From Felis catus (taxonomy: Eukaryota), in the NCBI RefSeq assembly GCF_018350175.1, contig NC_058368.1, positions 168,084,001 to 168,148,000 on the forward strand: DNA of 64,000 bases, written 5' to 3'. Made by a program: the position numbers and the translations under genes. Positions 1 to 13,613 of the stretch are shown here, piece after piece (the first letter of the stretch is position 1; every line of letters begins with the position of its first letter). A model generated the notes under the pieces. That model made no database searches. It was not told the DNA's origin and worked only from the letters and a program-made list of their open reading frames with translations.

Positions 1-161
1 ATTACTTTTGAAGAAAACATTTTGTTTTCACCTCAAAATATATGTATACATGTGTGTCGTATATATGAAAAAAAATATTGCAGATAGGTTAAACCTCTTA
101 AATTTACCTATTTATAAACTTAACTCCAGAACTAAGTCAAACTACTACTGAATAATGTTTC

Positions 162-273
162 TTTTTTTTTAATTAGTCACTTTATTTATTTATTTATTTA
201 TTATTTATTTATTTATTTTAATATAATTTATTGTCAAATTGGCTTGCATACAACATCCAGTGGTCATCCCAAG
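162..273 (-). mobile_element. Extremely 5'-truncated felid L1 (3' end plus A-rich tail)
   Basis: Reverse complement reads cttgggatgaccactggatgttgtatgcaagccaatttgacaataaattatatt(aaat)n, matching the cat L1 3' terminus. Flanks taatgtttctt / taatgcttctt resemble a TSD. Confidence 0.75.
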
Positions 274-634
274 TTGATTAATGCTTCTTAAATCATTCAT
301 TTCCTCTGAATAAGTTTCATTCATTCTCACAAAAGGGAAAATGGGCTAATGTATTTTAAGCTTGCTGCATGTAAAAAAATTAAGTATTCAAACATCAAAT
401 TCAAAACCTAAGTTATAACCACTAAGTTATAGTGATAACAAGTTTCAGTAACATGTTTCTTGGTATGCTATAATCAAGTTTAAACAATGGTATTTCTTTG
501 GGGCTGTGGACATAACTAGTTTTTCTTGCCCATTTGAGCAATACAGAATGAAAGACTATGGCCAAAGAAGTGGCTATAAAAAGTACTGTAGCCAATCCAT
601 GCAAACACAATTTGGTAGCACTCTGCTCACATAA

Positions 635-636
<2 letters not shown>

Positions 637-686
<50 letters not shown>
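637..686. repeat. (AC)n microsatellite, about 25 units
   Basis: Direct read. Confidence 0.98.
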
Positions 687-689
<3 letters not shown>

Positions 690-1162
690 TATATAAAATT
701 GATCCTTCGGGGGGAAAAAACATCGAAAATCATAATAAATTCGCAGTGTGCAGAGAGCCCAACCTAGTGAAAACTTAAGAGTGCTTGGTAATTACAGAAT
801 TTTCTAGAAGTGACTATTATTAGGTATGTGGTCTAAACTCAGAGGGAACCTCATGTTTCTAAGTTATCCTGAAAATCTGTTTTGATTATTCTAGTTTTTC
901 TTAATACAGCAAAAAAAGTTAATGAATCCAGGAATAATCCAGATTATTTTGAAATCCAGCTTCAATGTATTGATTACTTTAAAGCTATAACCTAAAATTT
1001 TATATATGTTACTATATAACATACATACATATACATATACATGTACTATATGTATATATATAGTAACATATACTTTAATTTCTAAGAAACTTTTCAATAA
1101 TCAGATAACATCACCCAGTTTCTTAAGCAAAGGACAAAAAGATTTAAGACCAGACCCTTCAG

Positions 1163-1417
1163 GGGGCGCCTGGGTGGCTCAGTCGGTTAAGCATCCGACT
1201 TCAGCTCAGGTCAAGACCTCACGGTTTGTGAGTTTGAGCCCCGCATCGGGCTCTGTGCTGACAGCTTGGAGCCTGCAGCCTGCTTCGGATTCCGTGTCTC
1301 CCTCTCTCTGTTCCTCCTCCACTCGCACTCTCTCTCTCGCTCTCTCGCTCTCTCTCTCTCTCTCTCCCTCCCTCTCTCTCAAAAATAAAGATTAAAAAAA
1401 AAGTAAAAAAAAAAAAC
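1163..1417 (+). mobile_element. Can-SINE (SINEC_Fc type)
   Basis: ggggcgcctgggtggctcagtcggttaag head, (CT)n tract, A-rich tail. Confidence 0.95.
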
Positions 1418-2610
1418 AGAGTCCTCAGAAATTAGATATTAACCTTAGAATTGTAAAAGTTGCCATTAACTGGAATTTCCTAGGAGATAAATACATTGCC
1501 TCTATGATGAACATCATAATGTTAATTGTGAAATAGGGAAAAATCCTAAAATGTAACTCAGTGTACATTCAGTATGATCTCTTTTAAGTATACTTTATTT
1601 CATTCTAACTCTGTAGAAATTGGTTATCTGTGCATGATATATAGCACGTGTTGGCAACCTGAGGCTGTGGGGGGGTGGGGGGGGAGGGCACAAGGATCAG
1701 ACACTGCTCTCTCTTTGCATTACTTGGAAAAGCCCCCTCCCTGCTCTTTGCCTCCATACTGTGACATGTTGCTCCTTATCTCCCCACCACCCACATTCAC
1801 AAAATCAGAAACATCACTAATAACCTCTGTGTTTTTAAAAACTAGCATGATTGGATCACCTGCTAGTAATCAGGCATGAGAGTAAAGTGGCATTGCCACT
1901 TTTGAAAAAGCTGCTGTAGATGATAACTGCCCACTGATGAGAGTACTTAATTATCCTCCAGCTTATCACTGCCCGACAATTATCTGCTTCATAAAATGCA
2001 CTAGACTTGTAAATTATCTATTTGCAGTGAAAGTCATGAAGACAGTTTGATAACCAAAATTTCTGGACAGGAATCTTAGCCGTGCCCCTCTTCCTCATAA
2101 TAAATAGTCTAACATGACCACTTATACATTTATTTTGTATAATATCTGTTGAACTAAAACTTCAAATGATGGGAAAAAGAGGAGCATCACATTTAACTCT
2201 TGGTCCAGTGAAAATCAGATGAGTTATTAAGAGATGCACTATATACAAAAATACCAGCATAGAATCTAACATCAATAATGGAAATTTTAACACTATATTA
2301 TTTGCCCACATACATGAAACAAAACAGGTCATTTATTAAAATGTAAATTTAATTTAAAAAATAAGGATTAGAAAACCTTAGAGAGATTGTCATTAGTTTC
2401 CGTGGGATATCAAGTCAACAACAACAACAAAAAAATGGGGTATCAAATTGCCTTCATGTCATTAGTGAATGTCACTTTGACAAAAGGGCCTATACCTAAA
2501 TACTATGTAAATAAACCTTCTGTTTTCTATAGTTTTTCTGTAAAAAAAAAAAAAAAAAAAAAAGGGCATGATATATACCAAGCCTATTGATGATATGGGT
2601 GTAACACTTC

Positions 2611-2725
2611 TTTTTTTTTTTTTTTAAGAGATTATTTTTAGGTAATCTCTTTACCCAACATGGGGCTCAAACTCCTGTTCCCAAGATCAAGAGTCGCGTC
2701 CTCTACTGACAGCCAGCCAGGGCCC
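2611..2725 (-). mobile_element. Short older Can-SINE
   Basis: Poly-T followed by caagatcaagagtcgc...ctgacagccagccaggg. TSD tgggtgtaacacttct / tgggtacaacacttct. Confidence 0.85.
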
Positions 2726-3479
2726 TGGGTACAACACTTCTAAGACAAAAGCCCCAGAGCTATTAAAACTATTTATAACTGCTTCCATCTTGAATTTTAA
2801 GCTGCCTTATTTTTCTAGAATTTTTGTGCCTATTTTTTGTAACTTCCCATAGAAGTTTTCAGAAGTAACATCTTTTATGATACCAAGATAACTTAAAAAT
2901 TCTAAATCAAAAGGAAAAGATATTTGGCAAGATAATACTGTTCAATAATTTGTCCAAAGTTATTTTAAAAACAGACTCAAGCTAATTGGGGCAGTCTTAT
3001 AAGCAAAACAAGGTCAAGCAAAGAGAATATGTTTTAGACTGCAAACCTCAAGATTACTGACATTTTTAGAAAACCTTTACTTCTTCCCATTGTCTTTTTC
3101 TCCCTAATATGTCTGGCTAATTTTTCATTGGCTTTGTTAAAAATATGCATTATTTATAGAATTTTAAGCATAGAAAAGAAAAGAGAAAATTTACAACTCT
3201 CAATTTTCTTTTGCCCATCAGTAACTTTGGTAAGACTTTGGGCTTTTGGATTGTATATGGATTTTATGCTTTTCTCCATTCCAATGCCCAGAATAATTGG
3301 GTCTGATATCAAACAGATAAGTAAACACCTCTTCTTGAATTGGTCACAGGTAAACCAGATGATACTGCAGTGGGGAAAAGAAGTAGAAAGAAATTAGGAT
3401 CACAAAGTTTTATTCTTCCTTTCTCTCACTCATCACTTTTATACTGAAGAAGTAATAAGTTATTCATACATTTATTATT

Positions 3480-3780
3480 ACTTTTTATTCATGTATTTAT
3501 TATTTACTTACTGCTGATTCAATGTCTAATTTGGGCCAGGCAATAAGGAGACACAGGAAATAAATACAGAGATGAGTAAGACTCAGTCCCTGTATTCATG
3601 GAATTCAAAAATATACAGAAAAAGTCATGAAATTCTGTGACAACTGCTGTATGGACAAGGTATGGAAAAGAGGCTGTAAGAAAAGGCAGGCAGAGGAGAT
3701 GAGGTTATTTGTCCAAAAGGGGGAAAAACCTGAGACAGATTTTAAGGAGAGGGCCACATAAGAGCTAGACTTTGAGGTAA
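3480..3780 (-). mobile_element. L2 3' fragment
   Basis: gggccaggcaataaggagacac...gatgagtaagactcagtccctg resembles the reversed L2 3' end. Confidence 0.55.
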
Positions 3781-4369
3781 AAAGTGTCTTAGATTTACTA
3801 ATTCATTTGGTAATAAGCATTTAACTCCCTTCAAGGGACATCACTCATCCAGACATAAACTCTTATTCTTACATGACCAATGTAGAAATTTTTAATACTC
3901 AGATGAAATGATCTGACTGAAATAAGGAAACTTCCAGGTATAAAATAGGCACTGGACTTAGAATTAAGATCACATCCTTGGGGGAGTGGGGGAGGAGGGT
4001 GGCATGCGTGGTGATGATGCACAGTGTTTAAGTAACTGAGGATATTCCTGAATAGGAAACATAAGTGGAAAACAAATTATGTCTACTTAGGACCCAAGAT
4101 ACAACATTTGTTAATTTTAGAATTCACAGAATTATTCAGTCTACTCTGAAATCTACAAATTTGAATTCATGGAATTTGATAGCTGTCTTATGCCATCCTT
4201 GGTTCACAGAATCTCCAGATTCAGTTTCAATCAACATTTTTTGAGTTTTCATAACTGGGCTGTTGAGTTCTGCTGGAGGAAATACAACAATCATGTTGGA
4301 CTGATGCCACTACAAATTTATGGTTTCCAAGCTCACACAACCACTCAGCAATTCTACATTCTGCTGGTC

Positions 4370-5790
4370 AGCTCCCTCTGCCTCAGCAGCTCTTTCAAAT
4401 GTTAGCTCCTGTCCCCAGGGGCCTACCCAACTCCCTCCTTTCCTCAGGCTTTTATCTCAGAACTTGTTTGGCTTCAAAGAACAATGAGGGGCCATCAAGT
4501 TGCACTCTTTCAATTTCTTATACTCCACAAACCCTATGAGTGTTTAATCAGCATCCACCCTCTCTTCTCAGAGGTAGAGGGTATCTCTTGGTCTTTCTTC
4601 TCAAGGTTAATTCCTCCTGACTTCTCGTATTCCTAACGGGTCCCTTGAATTCCTCTGAGACCTCACTTCATGAACCACCCCCCTTTTACTTATATCTCTC
4701 TCCTTCTCTTCTTTCCTTTGCCTCCTCTGCCAAACATACTCAAGTGTCACCCACCTTAAAAAAGCACACAAAACTCCTCAATCCACTATAATCTGGGGTT
4801 TTTCCCCTACCACTTCTTTGCTAAAACAGCTTTCACTAGAATCAGCAAGATCCTCTGAAATGTTTAATCCAAAGGTCTTTCCTCAGTCCTCAACTTCATA
4901 CCTACCGCTGAAGCATCTGATACCTCCCTCTTCCTTTGGTTTCAAGTAACATCTGACATGCTTCAAGAAGCATCTGACACCTCTCTTCCTTTGGTTTCAA
5001 GTAACAACAACTTGCCTATTTTTCGGATAACCCTTGTTCATTCTCTCTCTCTGGGGCATCAGCATCCTCTACCCACTTGTTAACCAATGGTATTCACTGA
5101 GGTTAAATCTGGAACCTTACATTACGGTACTCTCAAGAGAGCACATCCACAACCCAAGGTTTTAACAGCCACCAAATATTGATATCTCCTAATACCTGGC
5201 TCAGATTTATTTCCCAAGTTCTACTGCCTAGATTCGATAGCCAAGTAGATATAAACTCAAGGATACCCCACCTTATTCTGTGAATGGCACCACCCAATTA
5301 CACACACAAGAAACTTGAATCATCCCTTTTCTCCCTCCCCACATCACATCAGATACCAAAACTCATTAAACCAACCTCCTAATTTTTTAATGTATTTCCC
5401 CTAATACTTCCTCCCTAACCCTGCCTTAAGCCTAGACATTGTCATCTCTTGCCTGGACCACCCAAATTGTCTCCCTACATCAATAATCCTGAATCCTGAC
5501 CTTAAACTTCTATTTGTCCTGACATAGAAATGTGATGACATCACTCCTCCACTTAGGTGGCCCCTGTCTACCTCTCTTGTTTCATCTCCTACCCTTTATA
5601 CTCTAGAATCAGTAATCTATGTCTATTTCTTGCTATGGCCTAATTCAGTCTGCCCAAAGTGACTTATTTACCTGGCAGAATCTCCTTGACAAAATTCTAC
5701 TCAGCTTCCAGGTTTTAGGTCCAGTGTACACCATCTTTGAATTCCCTCCTCTGACCCTCTACCAACACACATACAGACCTGGCAGTTTCT
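4370..5790 (+). mobile_element. Degraded L2 LINE
   Basis: aatccaaaggtctttcctcagtcctcaacttc...gaagcatctgatacc and catctcttgcctggac...tctccct match L2 motifs. Confidence 0.7.
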
Positions 5791-5802
5791 CACATTTCTT
5801 TC

Positions 5803-6040
5803 CTTTTTTTTTTCTTTATTTATTAAAAAAAATTTTTTTTAACGTCTATTTATTTTTGAGACAGAGAGAGACAGAGCATGAACGGGGGAGGGTCAGAGAG
5901 AAGGAGACACAGAATCCGAAACAGGCTCCAGGCTCCGAGCTGTCAGCACAGAGCCCGACGCGGGGCTCGAACTCACGAACCGCGAGATCATGACCTGAGC
6001 CGAAGTCGGCCGCTTAACCGACTGAGCCACCCAGGCGCCC
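5803..6040 (-). mobile_element. Young SINEC_Fc
   Basis: Near-consensus with CpGs intact. TSD cacatttctttccttt / cacatttcttttccttt. Confidence 0.97.
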
Positions 6041-6289
6041 CACATTTCTTTTCCTTTTATCAAAATGACGGCTCTGACTGTAGACTTTTCCACACTATAT
6101 TCTATTTTGTCGAAATGCCTGTTTGCCTGCTATTCTGTGAGCAGGACCAGTTCAGGTTTTCTTTGCTTTGTGACCCAGAGTTTCAAATCATCCTCAAGCC
6201 ACTGTAGGAACCAATCAATAGTTTTTCAATGAAAATAAGGGCACCAATCTTTTCTCTTTCCGATTACTTTTCTCCTTCCATACACCTAT

Positions 6290-6870
6290 GAGTTCTACTT
6301 CTAAAGGCAGATCTGATCAGGTTACACCCCTAATTAATCTAAAGGCAATGAGGAACATTTGAAGAAATTTTCAAATACCTCAATTTGGCATCCAAGTCAC
6401 TACATGACCCACTTGATCCTTGTTTGCTTCTCCACAATCCCTTTCTACCCACCCTTACCCTTAAACCAGACATTCTAGCAATATCAGAGTACATGTTGTC
6501 TTGTGCCTCCAGGCTTGCACACATGGATACTTCATTCTGCCAGGGTCCCAGTAGGAAAATTCCCCTCATGCCTCAAGACATTACACCTCTATGAAGCATT
6601 TAGTGTCTGGGCATCACACCTCTATAAAGCATCAGAAGGTCAGAAATCTGACCTAACTACTGCCATCCCTGGCTAAGCTGATTCACCTGCTCTCTGGGAT
6701 AACTTTCATGTATTTTCCATTCATTTCATGCACTTTAACTTATTTGTTTAAAAGTTTGTTTCTCCTACTAGAATGTTAACTCCTCCAGAGTAGAGGCTGT
6801 AACATTTATCTTTAAATGTCTGGAACACAAAAGCCTACGTTTCACGTGGCTGAGTAAGTGTCAAGGATGA
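6290..6870 (+). mobile_element. L2 3' region
   Basis: ctgatcaggttacaccc... and tttctcctactagaatgttaactcctccagagtagaggctgt are typical of the L2 3' end. Confidence 0.65.
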
Positions 6871-9800
6871 GTAAGAAGATGAGCATTGTACAAACACAAA
6901 AATACAAACACATTCTAACTCACTTAAGTTGACATTAATTTGTCTACACTTAAAATACTCTCCCCTTCTTCCCCATCTATTCTTATCATATTAGCACTGG
7001 CACTTTAGAAACTATAAGAGGCTATGCTTCTAATGATAATTATTTTGAATTCAACATTTTGCTTCCCCGGTAATCTTTTTTGCAAACAGTAATTTTTCAA
7101 AGACTGGTTAGGGAATTTTTTCCCACTCTGCTTCCAGAAAAGGAAATTCTTGAAAGGTGTTTAATGAGCTAAATCTGTACAGACCCCAAAATGATACAGT
7201 AAGTGGTAAATCAGTTGGGCTTGAATTTCCAGATGCTCCTTATTATTTCCTTAAATCAACTCAAAGCAGCAGTTCTCCGGCAATCACAAGAACATCTCTG
7301 TCCAAAAAATGCTGTCTGTTTATAAATAAATATCAATTTGTTAACTGATTTTTTCCCCTGGAGCATACGTAAGTAATACTAATTATTGCATTTAAGAACT
7401 AATTGGAAACAAGGAAAACCACAGGAAAAAAATGTATTGATGAGGAAGGCGGGCAAGATTTCTTTTAACTGTAAAAAGTACTTATATGATGAATTCCAAT
7501 GCTAAAAAAAGAAATTTCTGATGTTGCAAGTATTGCCATGCAGAATTATTCAGATATTAAATATATTCTTCAATAAACAAATACAGACTACTAGCGTGTC
7601 TTAACAGAAGAAGAGCATTCACATATTCATAAGAAGAACATGCCATTAATTTATTTATTCATTGCTACAGTGTTTTATAAAGGATTTCAAATGCAAACAA
7701 GCATCCCTTCATGCCCAGACTTTCTACAACAGACATTCGGTCATACGAAATACTTGGCCTTCTGACTAGACCCTGCTCTCTCCTGCCTCTGCTTGTGCCA
7801 ACATCTGCATCAAAAATCCCTCCATCCTCATTCATGTATGTGAATATTTAAATATATTTTGAAGCCCAACAGCCCTAACAAAATCCCATCCAGTAAACCT
7901 TCTTTGAGCCCCTTACTTGAAGTGAAGGTGTTTCTATCGCTCTTTACACCTGTGACCTTACATTTTTCATGAAAACAGAATATACGCAAGCTTCCTTCTT
8001 AAATGGACACACATCCTGCCTGTGGGTGCTTCTGCAATATGCCTCCATGTGAAACTGGGGGAAGACCTCATTTTGGCAGGAAAAACACAACTCACATTCT
8101 TTAATTCTTGAATTTGTGTCCCAGGAAGCTAACAAAGAGATCCTAATTAAAAAAAACAAACAAAAAAAAAAAAACAAACAAACCCAAAAACTGAGCTAAT
8201 GGAAAGAACTTATGACTGAAGAATTATAGAGAAATGTTGTAACATCTTTTCATTTGCAGCTTTTAAAAAATCAACTAGCAACTCATGTTTCTAAAGTCAT
8301 AGTAGCACCAAGGATGTGTGACGCCTTTGGAAACCTCTCTTTAGTTTTATAATTCTTTGGTATTTCTGACAGATTTAGACCAAATTGAAAATAATCAAAA
8401 GTTAAATAAAAGTTTTTTATTCAAACCATTTCTCAAAAAAAGGAACCTGACTACTTCACTAGATTAATGTAATCTAATACATTTGATTATACTCCAATGC
8501 CCTCCACGAGCTAATGCATGTGCTATGAGGGAAGGTGATTCTTAAAAGGTGTTTAATGAGCTAATCCTATATGAACCTAAAAGGATATGATAAACATTAA
8601 ATTATTTGGCTCACATTTATGTACTGTCATGGACCCATATAAATATACTGGAATTATTTCTAACATGAAAGAGACCTCATTTAATCATTTGTCAACTGGA
8701 GAAAGCAATTTCCCACAGCTAAAAATATTTAAAAATCTGATATGAGAATAAAATTGTATTAAAATGGCATAATACATGGATTGGCAACTTGCCAAGGGTA
8801 GATACGGACTTTTGCAGATTTCTCTTTCAAAGATATACCAAGCATTCCAACAATTCTAATCATTTGATAGTCAACTGCTATAGGCAAAAAACTGTACCTA
8901 GTAATTCTGTACTGCCAATATATTTTAAACTATTTCATAAACATTGCTCATACAGTATGTCTAATAGATTTTGCATACTTTTTCTTATCAGAAACTTCTT
9001 TAACACATACAATCTACAGAAATTCTCAAACTAAATTAAATCATAATAGGAATGAAACTGACAAAATCTTTTAGTTGGCCTATTTTACCTGGAGAAACTA
9101 GTAAAACAGGGCTCATGACTGAATCTCCATATATATTGAAAATAAACATGTTTAATATTCAAGTAATTTGGTTACACTCACAGACTGATAATTTTGCAAA
9201 CTTTTCTATATTTAAAAATGTAAATGTGATGAGAAGCACAGTAACATTTTAAACACATTGTTTTAGAATTACTGACTTTCAGCCCAAACCCACCAGAACC
9301 AAGAAATTAATAGCACTAAATAGAGAAAACAGTTGCTTCATTATCAGAGTTTCACAAAGCTTTTTTTTTTAAATGGTAAAACAGGACCCAATTTTCCATA
9401 TACTTTGATGTATTCTAGCTTATGACACTTGCCAATGATGAATTGAGAAACATAATTTGTGACTTAAAAAGTATGCATGAAGTTTACTTGACAGATCATT
9501 TTCTACTTCTGTCATCGTGCATTAAGAAATACTTGTAGAATAAATACATCAAGAACAAAACAATCAACTTCATAAAAGTAAATGAGTAGGGATCACGTGG
9601 CAACAAGCAGAACTCGATTCTTCAATGACACCAGCATCTCAGATCCCCTCTCTCAGAAGTGTTAGCGCTAGACAGAACTTTGAAGTTTGTATAATCCAAT
9701 GTCAGATAGGTCAAAACAAATTCCATTTTATCGCCTCACCAAACCAGCCTACTTAAAAATTTCCCTCATTAAACACATACTACATTAAACACATACTAAC

Positions 9801-11047
9801 TCACAATTTCCTTCATTCTCCACTCACTTTCATTTAAAAACACAAACGTTAAAAAGCGTCTTACAATGTTTATTACTGTGGGGAAGTCAAGGATATGAAA
9901 CAGGTTATATTTTTAGACTGAGTTCTGCAAATAAAGAAAGTGAATTATTAAATAAAGAGAATTATACTAAATAACAGAAAGGTCAGTTTTAAAGACTTAT
10001 TTGAAATTAGAACTTTAGGCGCCTCAGTAAGTTTCCAAAGGGTCTTTTTAAAGGACAGAGAAAAAACCCTTCTAGAATATAGGATGATGACAACATCTTG
10101 GTTACCTTAATTAAAAACAAACAAGCAAACAAACAAAAACCTTACAAATTAGAGTTAATCACTATCAAGACTGATAGAAAAATGCACAAAGATACTAAGA
10201 GTAAACATAAGCTATTAAGCCTCTCACTGCCAAAGCAGAATCTTAGAATCTGAATTAAATTGTCACTCTTTAACATAAAAAAAGGATTTTCAAATCCTCT
10301 TATTTACATGAGGATTATCTTAATTCATGGCCTCTAAATTAACTCTGGGGTTACTTTCTGTTTCATTATCACTAGAGTAGGACACACCAAAAGTTTTCCC
10401 TTCCAGCTTAGGTCCTAGTATGCCATGTCCTTCCCCTAGTCCAAGTGGCTAGGACAATCTGCACAGTCTTAGAGAAGGGATCTGAGGAAAACAAGAAGCA
10501 AACTCTTCTTTGAGTTTCACAAACCCAGGCTTTTAAGTTGCAATGACCTGGTTTTTAAACTTCAGAAGTCTTACAGACTTAAGCTATGTGGTTTACGCCA
10601 TCAATCAACGATCTGTCTAAAATTTCCCCACAAGAGGAGGAGCTATAAATTCAGAAATGTTGTGTCCTGGGGTGGGTGCACTGGTAGTGTAGGCTAGAGA
10701 CCCCCAAACAGGTTCAAGCAGAAAAGAATCTACCTAGCTGAGATCCTATCTAGCAAAGGCTAGAAAAACGATTATAAACTCAGAGGTTTCCACATGAAGC
10801 ATGAACTGGGAGCAGAGTAAGAATCTACTAACGTAACAACATCCTCTTCTCTCACTCTCCACTTGCTCTCCCCCACCAAACCATCAGTAGCAAATATTGT
10901 GCTTAGGAGAAAACTGGCAGGAACACAATTTTGATGACCTTTCCGCACAGAAAAAAGAAAACAATTACATTCTTACCTTTTCAAAATAAAATACAAAACA
11001 TTAATAATTTATCAAATCCTATTTTTCATTTACGTTTTATAGAGTTA

Positions 11048-11211
11048 TTTTTTTTTTTTATTTTTTTATTTTTTGGAGAGAGAGAAAATCTTAAGCAGCC
11101 TCCATGCTCAGGGCAGAGCCGACCACAGGGCTCTGCCCAGGACCCTGGGATCATGACCTGAGACAAAATCAAGAGTCTGCTGCTCAAATTACTGAGCCAC
11201 CCAGCTGCCCC
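11048..11211 (-). mobile_element. Can-SINE
   Basis: gatcatgacctgagacaaaatcaagagtc...actgagccacccagctgcccc. TSD tatagagttatt / tacagagttact. Confidence 0.92.
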
Positions 11212-12009
11212 TCTACAGAGTTACTTTTTTTTTTACAGATATTCCTTTTTTGGGTATTGTTAAACTATTTACATTTTTTTGAAGGCTTATTTCTGTCTCT
11301 TAAATATGTATATATAATTTCATATAATTTTTAACAATGTGTAATTATTGTGTTGTTATTTTAAAGTTTTTTTCTCCCCTTTAAAAGAACTTTCCTTAAA
11401 ATAAAATCTATGGCCATGGTTTTTATTTCCTTTAAAGGACCTTTCTGTTTTGTTCATTACATGCCTTCTTGAAATTTAATTGAATTTTTAAAAGGAATAT
11501 CAAATTGTTCATCAATTCAAATTCAAATAAACATAAGTGTTCACTGATAATGAGAAGAAAAAAAGAGAAAAATTCAGCTCTAGCTGAAGCAGGACTTTAA
11601 AAAGTAAAAGATTTCTTTTAAACTCACATTAGAAAAATTTGATACAGATGACAGACAAAAGGTAAAAGATATAAAAAAGATTTAAAAAAAAATAAGAAAG
11701 AAAGAAAGAAAACCTTGAAGTTAGCCCTGGTTCTGTTGACTTGCTTTTCAAATTAAGAAGTGACATACGAGATTTTTGTGAAAGTAGAAAATAATTTTAG
11801 ATACAATAAATATAAATCTCAATCCACATAATTATTTATGCAAGAAATGTAATTTTTTCACTTTTCTATAGGACCGTGTGATTATTCTACTGGAGTAAGC
11901 TATGGAGACAAGAACAAGTTAATTCACTTTCATGCTTAACATTTTATTGAATATAGTACTAAATCTCAGTTGCCTTGACTGTATTTTTTTTTTTTTTGTA
12001 ATTTAGAGA

Positions 12010-12930
12010 CTATCAAAATCAAGACCAACATAGTTCAAGATAAATCTGAGGAAATTATCCAGAATGGAGCACAAACAGATGGACACAAGGAGAGGTAAAG
12101 AGATATGGAGTAGGAGTTAAATAGGAGGAAGCAACACATATGTAATCAAAACTCCAGAGAAACACACAGCATGTGGGAAAGTGAAAATTTTCAAAGAGAT
12201 AATGGCAAAGGTGTTTGGCAGCTGATAAACACCAATCCTCGGACTTAAAGAGCTCAATGAATTACAAGCACAATAAAAAGAAAACTGAACCTCAATACAT
12301 CATGAAATCACACTATATGAAAGACAAGGAGGAGGGGCGCCTGTGTGGCTCAGTCAGTTGGATGTCCGACTTTGGCTCAGGTCATGATCTCACAGGTTCA
12401 TGAGTTCCAGGCCCGCATAGGGCTCTCTGCTGTCAACTCAGAGCCCACTTCAGATCCTTCGTCTCCCTCTCTCTCTGTCCCTCCTTCTGTCTCTCTCTCT
12501 TTCAAAAATAAATAAACATTAAAAAAAAAAAAAGAAAGAAAGACAAAGAGGAGATGTTCAAACCTGCCAGAATGTAAAGACTGATCATCTACAAAGAAAT
12601 ATTAATTGGACCTAAAATGACTTGTTAAGAGCAACAAAGAATGCCAGAGGGCACTAAAATAATACCTTTATTGAGCTGAAGTAAAATAACTTATAAACTA
12701 GAATTCAACACTCAACCAATCTTCCAAAAGAAAAATGAAAAAGTTAAGACATATTCAGAAGAACAAAAACTGAAAGAGCTTCTCATCAAAGCAAATTCTA
12801 CAGAATACTTTTGAAGGAGGAAGGAAAATGATCCCAGAGAGAAAGAGAAATGCAAAAAAACAAGGTTAATGGAAAATATTAGTAAATATATTGTAAATCT
12901 AAATAAACATCAATTTTATAAAACAATAAT
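12010..12930 (+). mobile_element. Ancient L1M ORF1-region remnant interrupted by a SINE
   Basis: gaggaaattatccagaatggagcac..., ttttcaaagagataatggc, aagttaagacatattcag and gaaggaaaatgatcccaga are L1ME-like motifs. Confidence 0.65.
12334..12537 (+). mobile_element. Can-SINE
   Basis: ggggcgcctgtgtggctcag head. TSD gaaagacaaggagga / gaaagacaaagagga. Confidence 0.95.
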
Positions 12931-13023
12931 TTCTGATGGGAGGGAAAGGTTAAGTTTGACAAAAAATTACATATTGATTACCTTTATACCTTGTTAATTA
13001 CGCATATTAAAATAGGTATGGTA

Positions 13024-13239
13024 GGGGCGCCTGAGTGGCTCAGTCGGTTAAGCGTCCGACTTCAGCTCAGGTCGTGATCTCGCGGTCCATGAGTTCGAGC
13101 CCCACGTTGGGCTCTGTGCTGACAGCTCAGAGCCTGGAGCCTGTTTCGGATTCTGTGTCTCTCTCTCTCTGACCCTCCCCCGTTCATGCTCTGTCTCTCT
13201 CTGTCTCAAAAATAAATAAAGGTTAAAAAAAATTTAAAA
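13024..13239 (+). mobile_element. Young SINEC_Fc
   Basis: Perfect 15-bp TSD aaaataggtatggta at 13009-13023 and 13240-13254. Confidence 0.97.
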
Positions 13240-13370
13240 AAAATAGGTATGGTAACCATTAAAAGTACAAACCCAGGGCAGGGGGGAAAAGTCAGTGAAT
13301 CCAAAAGAAGACAAAAGGAGATGGGGGAAAGGCTGGGAGAGAGAAATAAATAAAAAATATAACTTTATCA

Positions 13371-13578
13371 GGGGTGCCTGGGTGGCTCAGTCGGTTAAGC
13401 GTCCAACTCTTGATTTCAGCTCAAGTCATAATCTATCTCAGTTTGGGAGTTTGAGCCCCGAGTCAGGCTCTGTGCTCACAGTGTGGAGCCTGCCTGAGAT
13501 TCTCTCTTCCTCTCTCTCTGCCCTTCCCTGCTCATGCTCTTTCTCTCTCTCTCAAAATACAGTTTTTAAAAAAGCTTA
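13371..13578 (+). mobile_element. Can-SINE
   Basis: ggggtgcctgggtggctcag head, CT tract, aaaaatataactt-like TSD. Confidence 0.93.
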
Positions 13579-13613
13579 AAAAATATAATAACTTGGTCCA
13601 AAATATCCAAAAT

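Noticed and set aside
422..682. MCVCVCV... ORF
   Set aside because: Translation of the (AC)n microsatellite.
1163..1250. tRNA-like A/B boxes
   Set aside because: These are tRNA-derived SINE heads, not tRNA genes.
1006..1395. ORFs containing GAWVAQSVK... (also 5619, 5893, 13295, 16218, 16954, 21889, 25671, 56951, 61008)
   Set aside because: These are translations of Can-SINE sequence, not genes.
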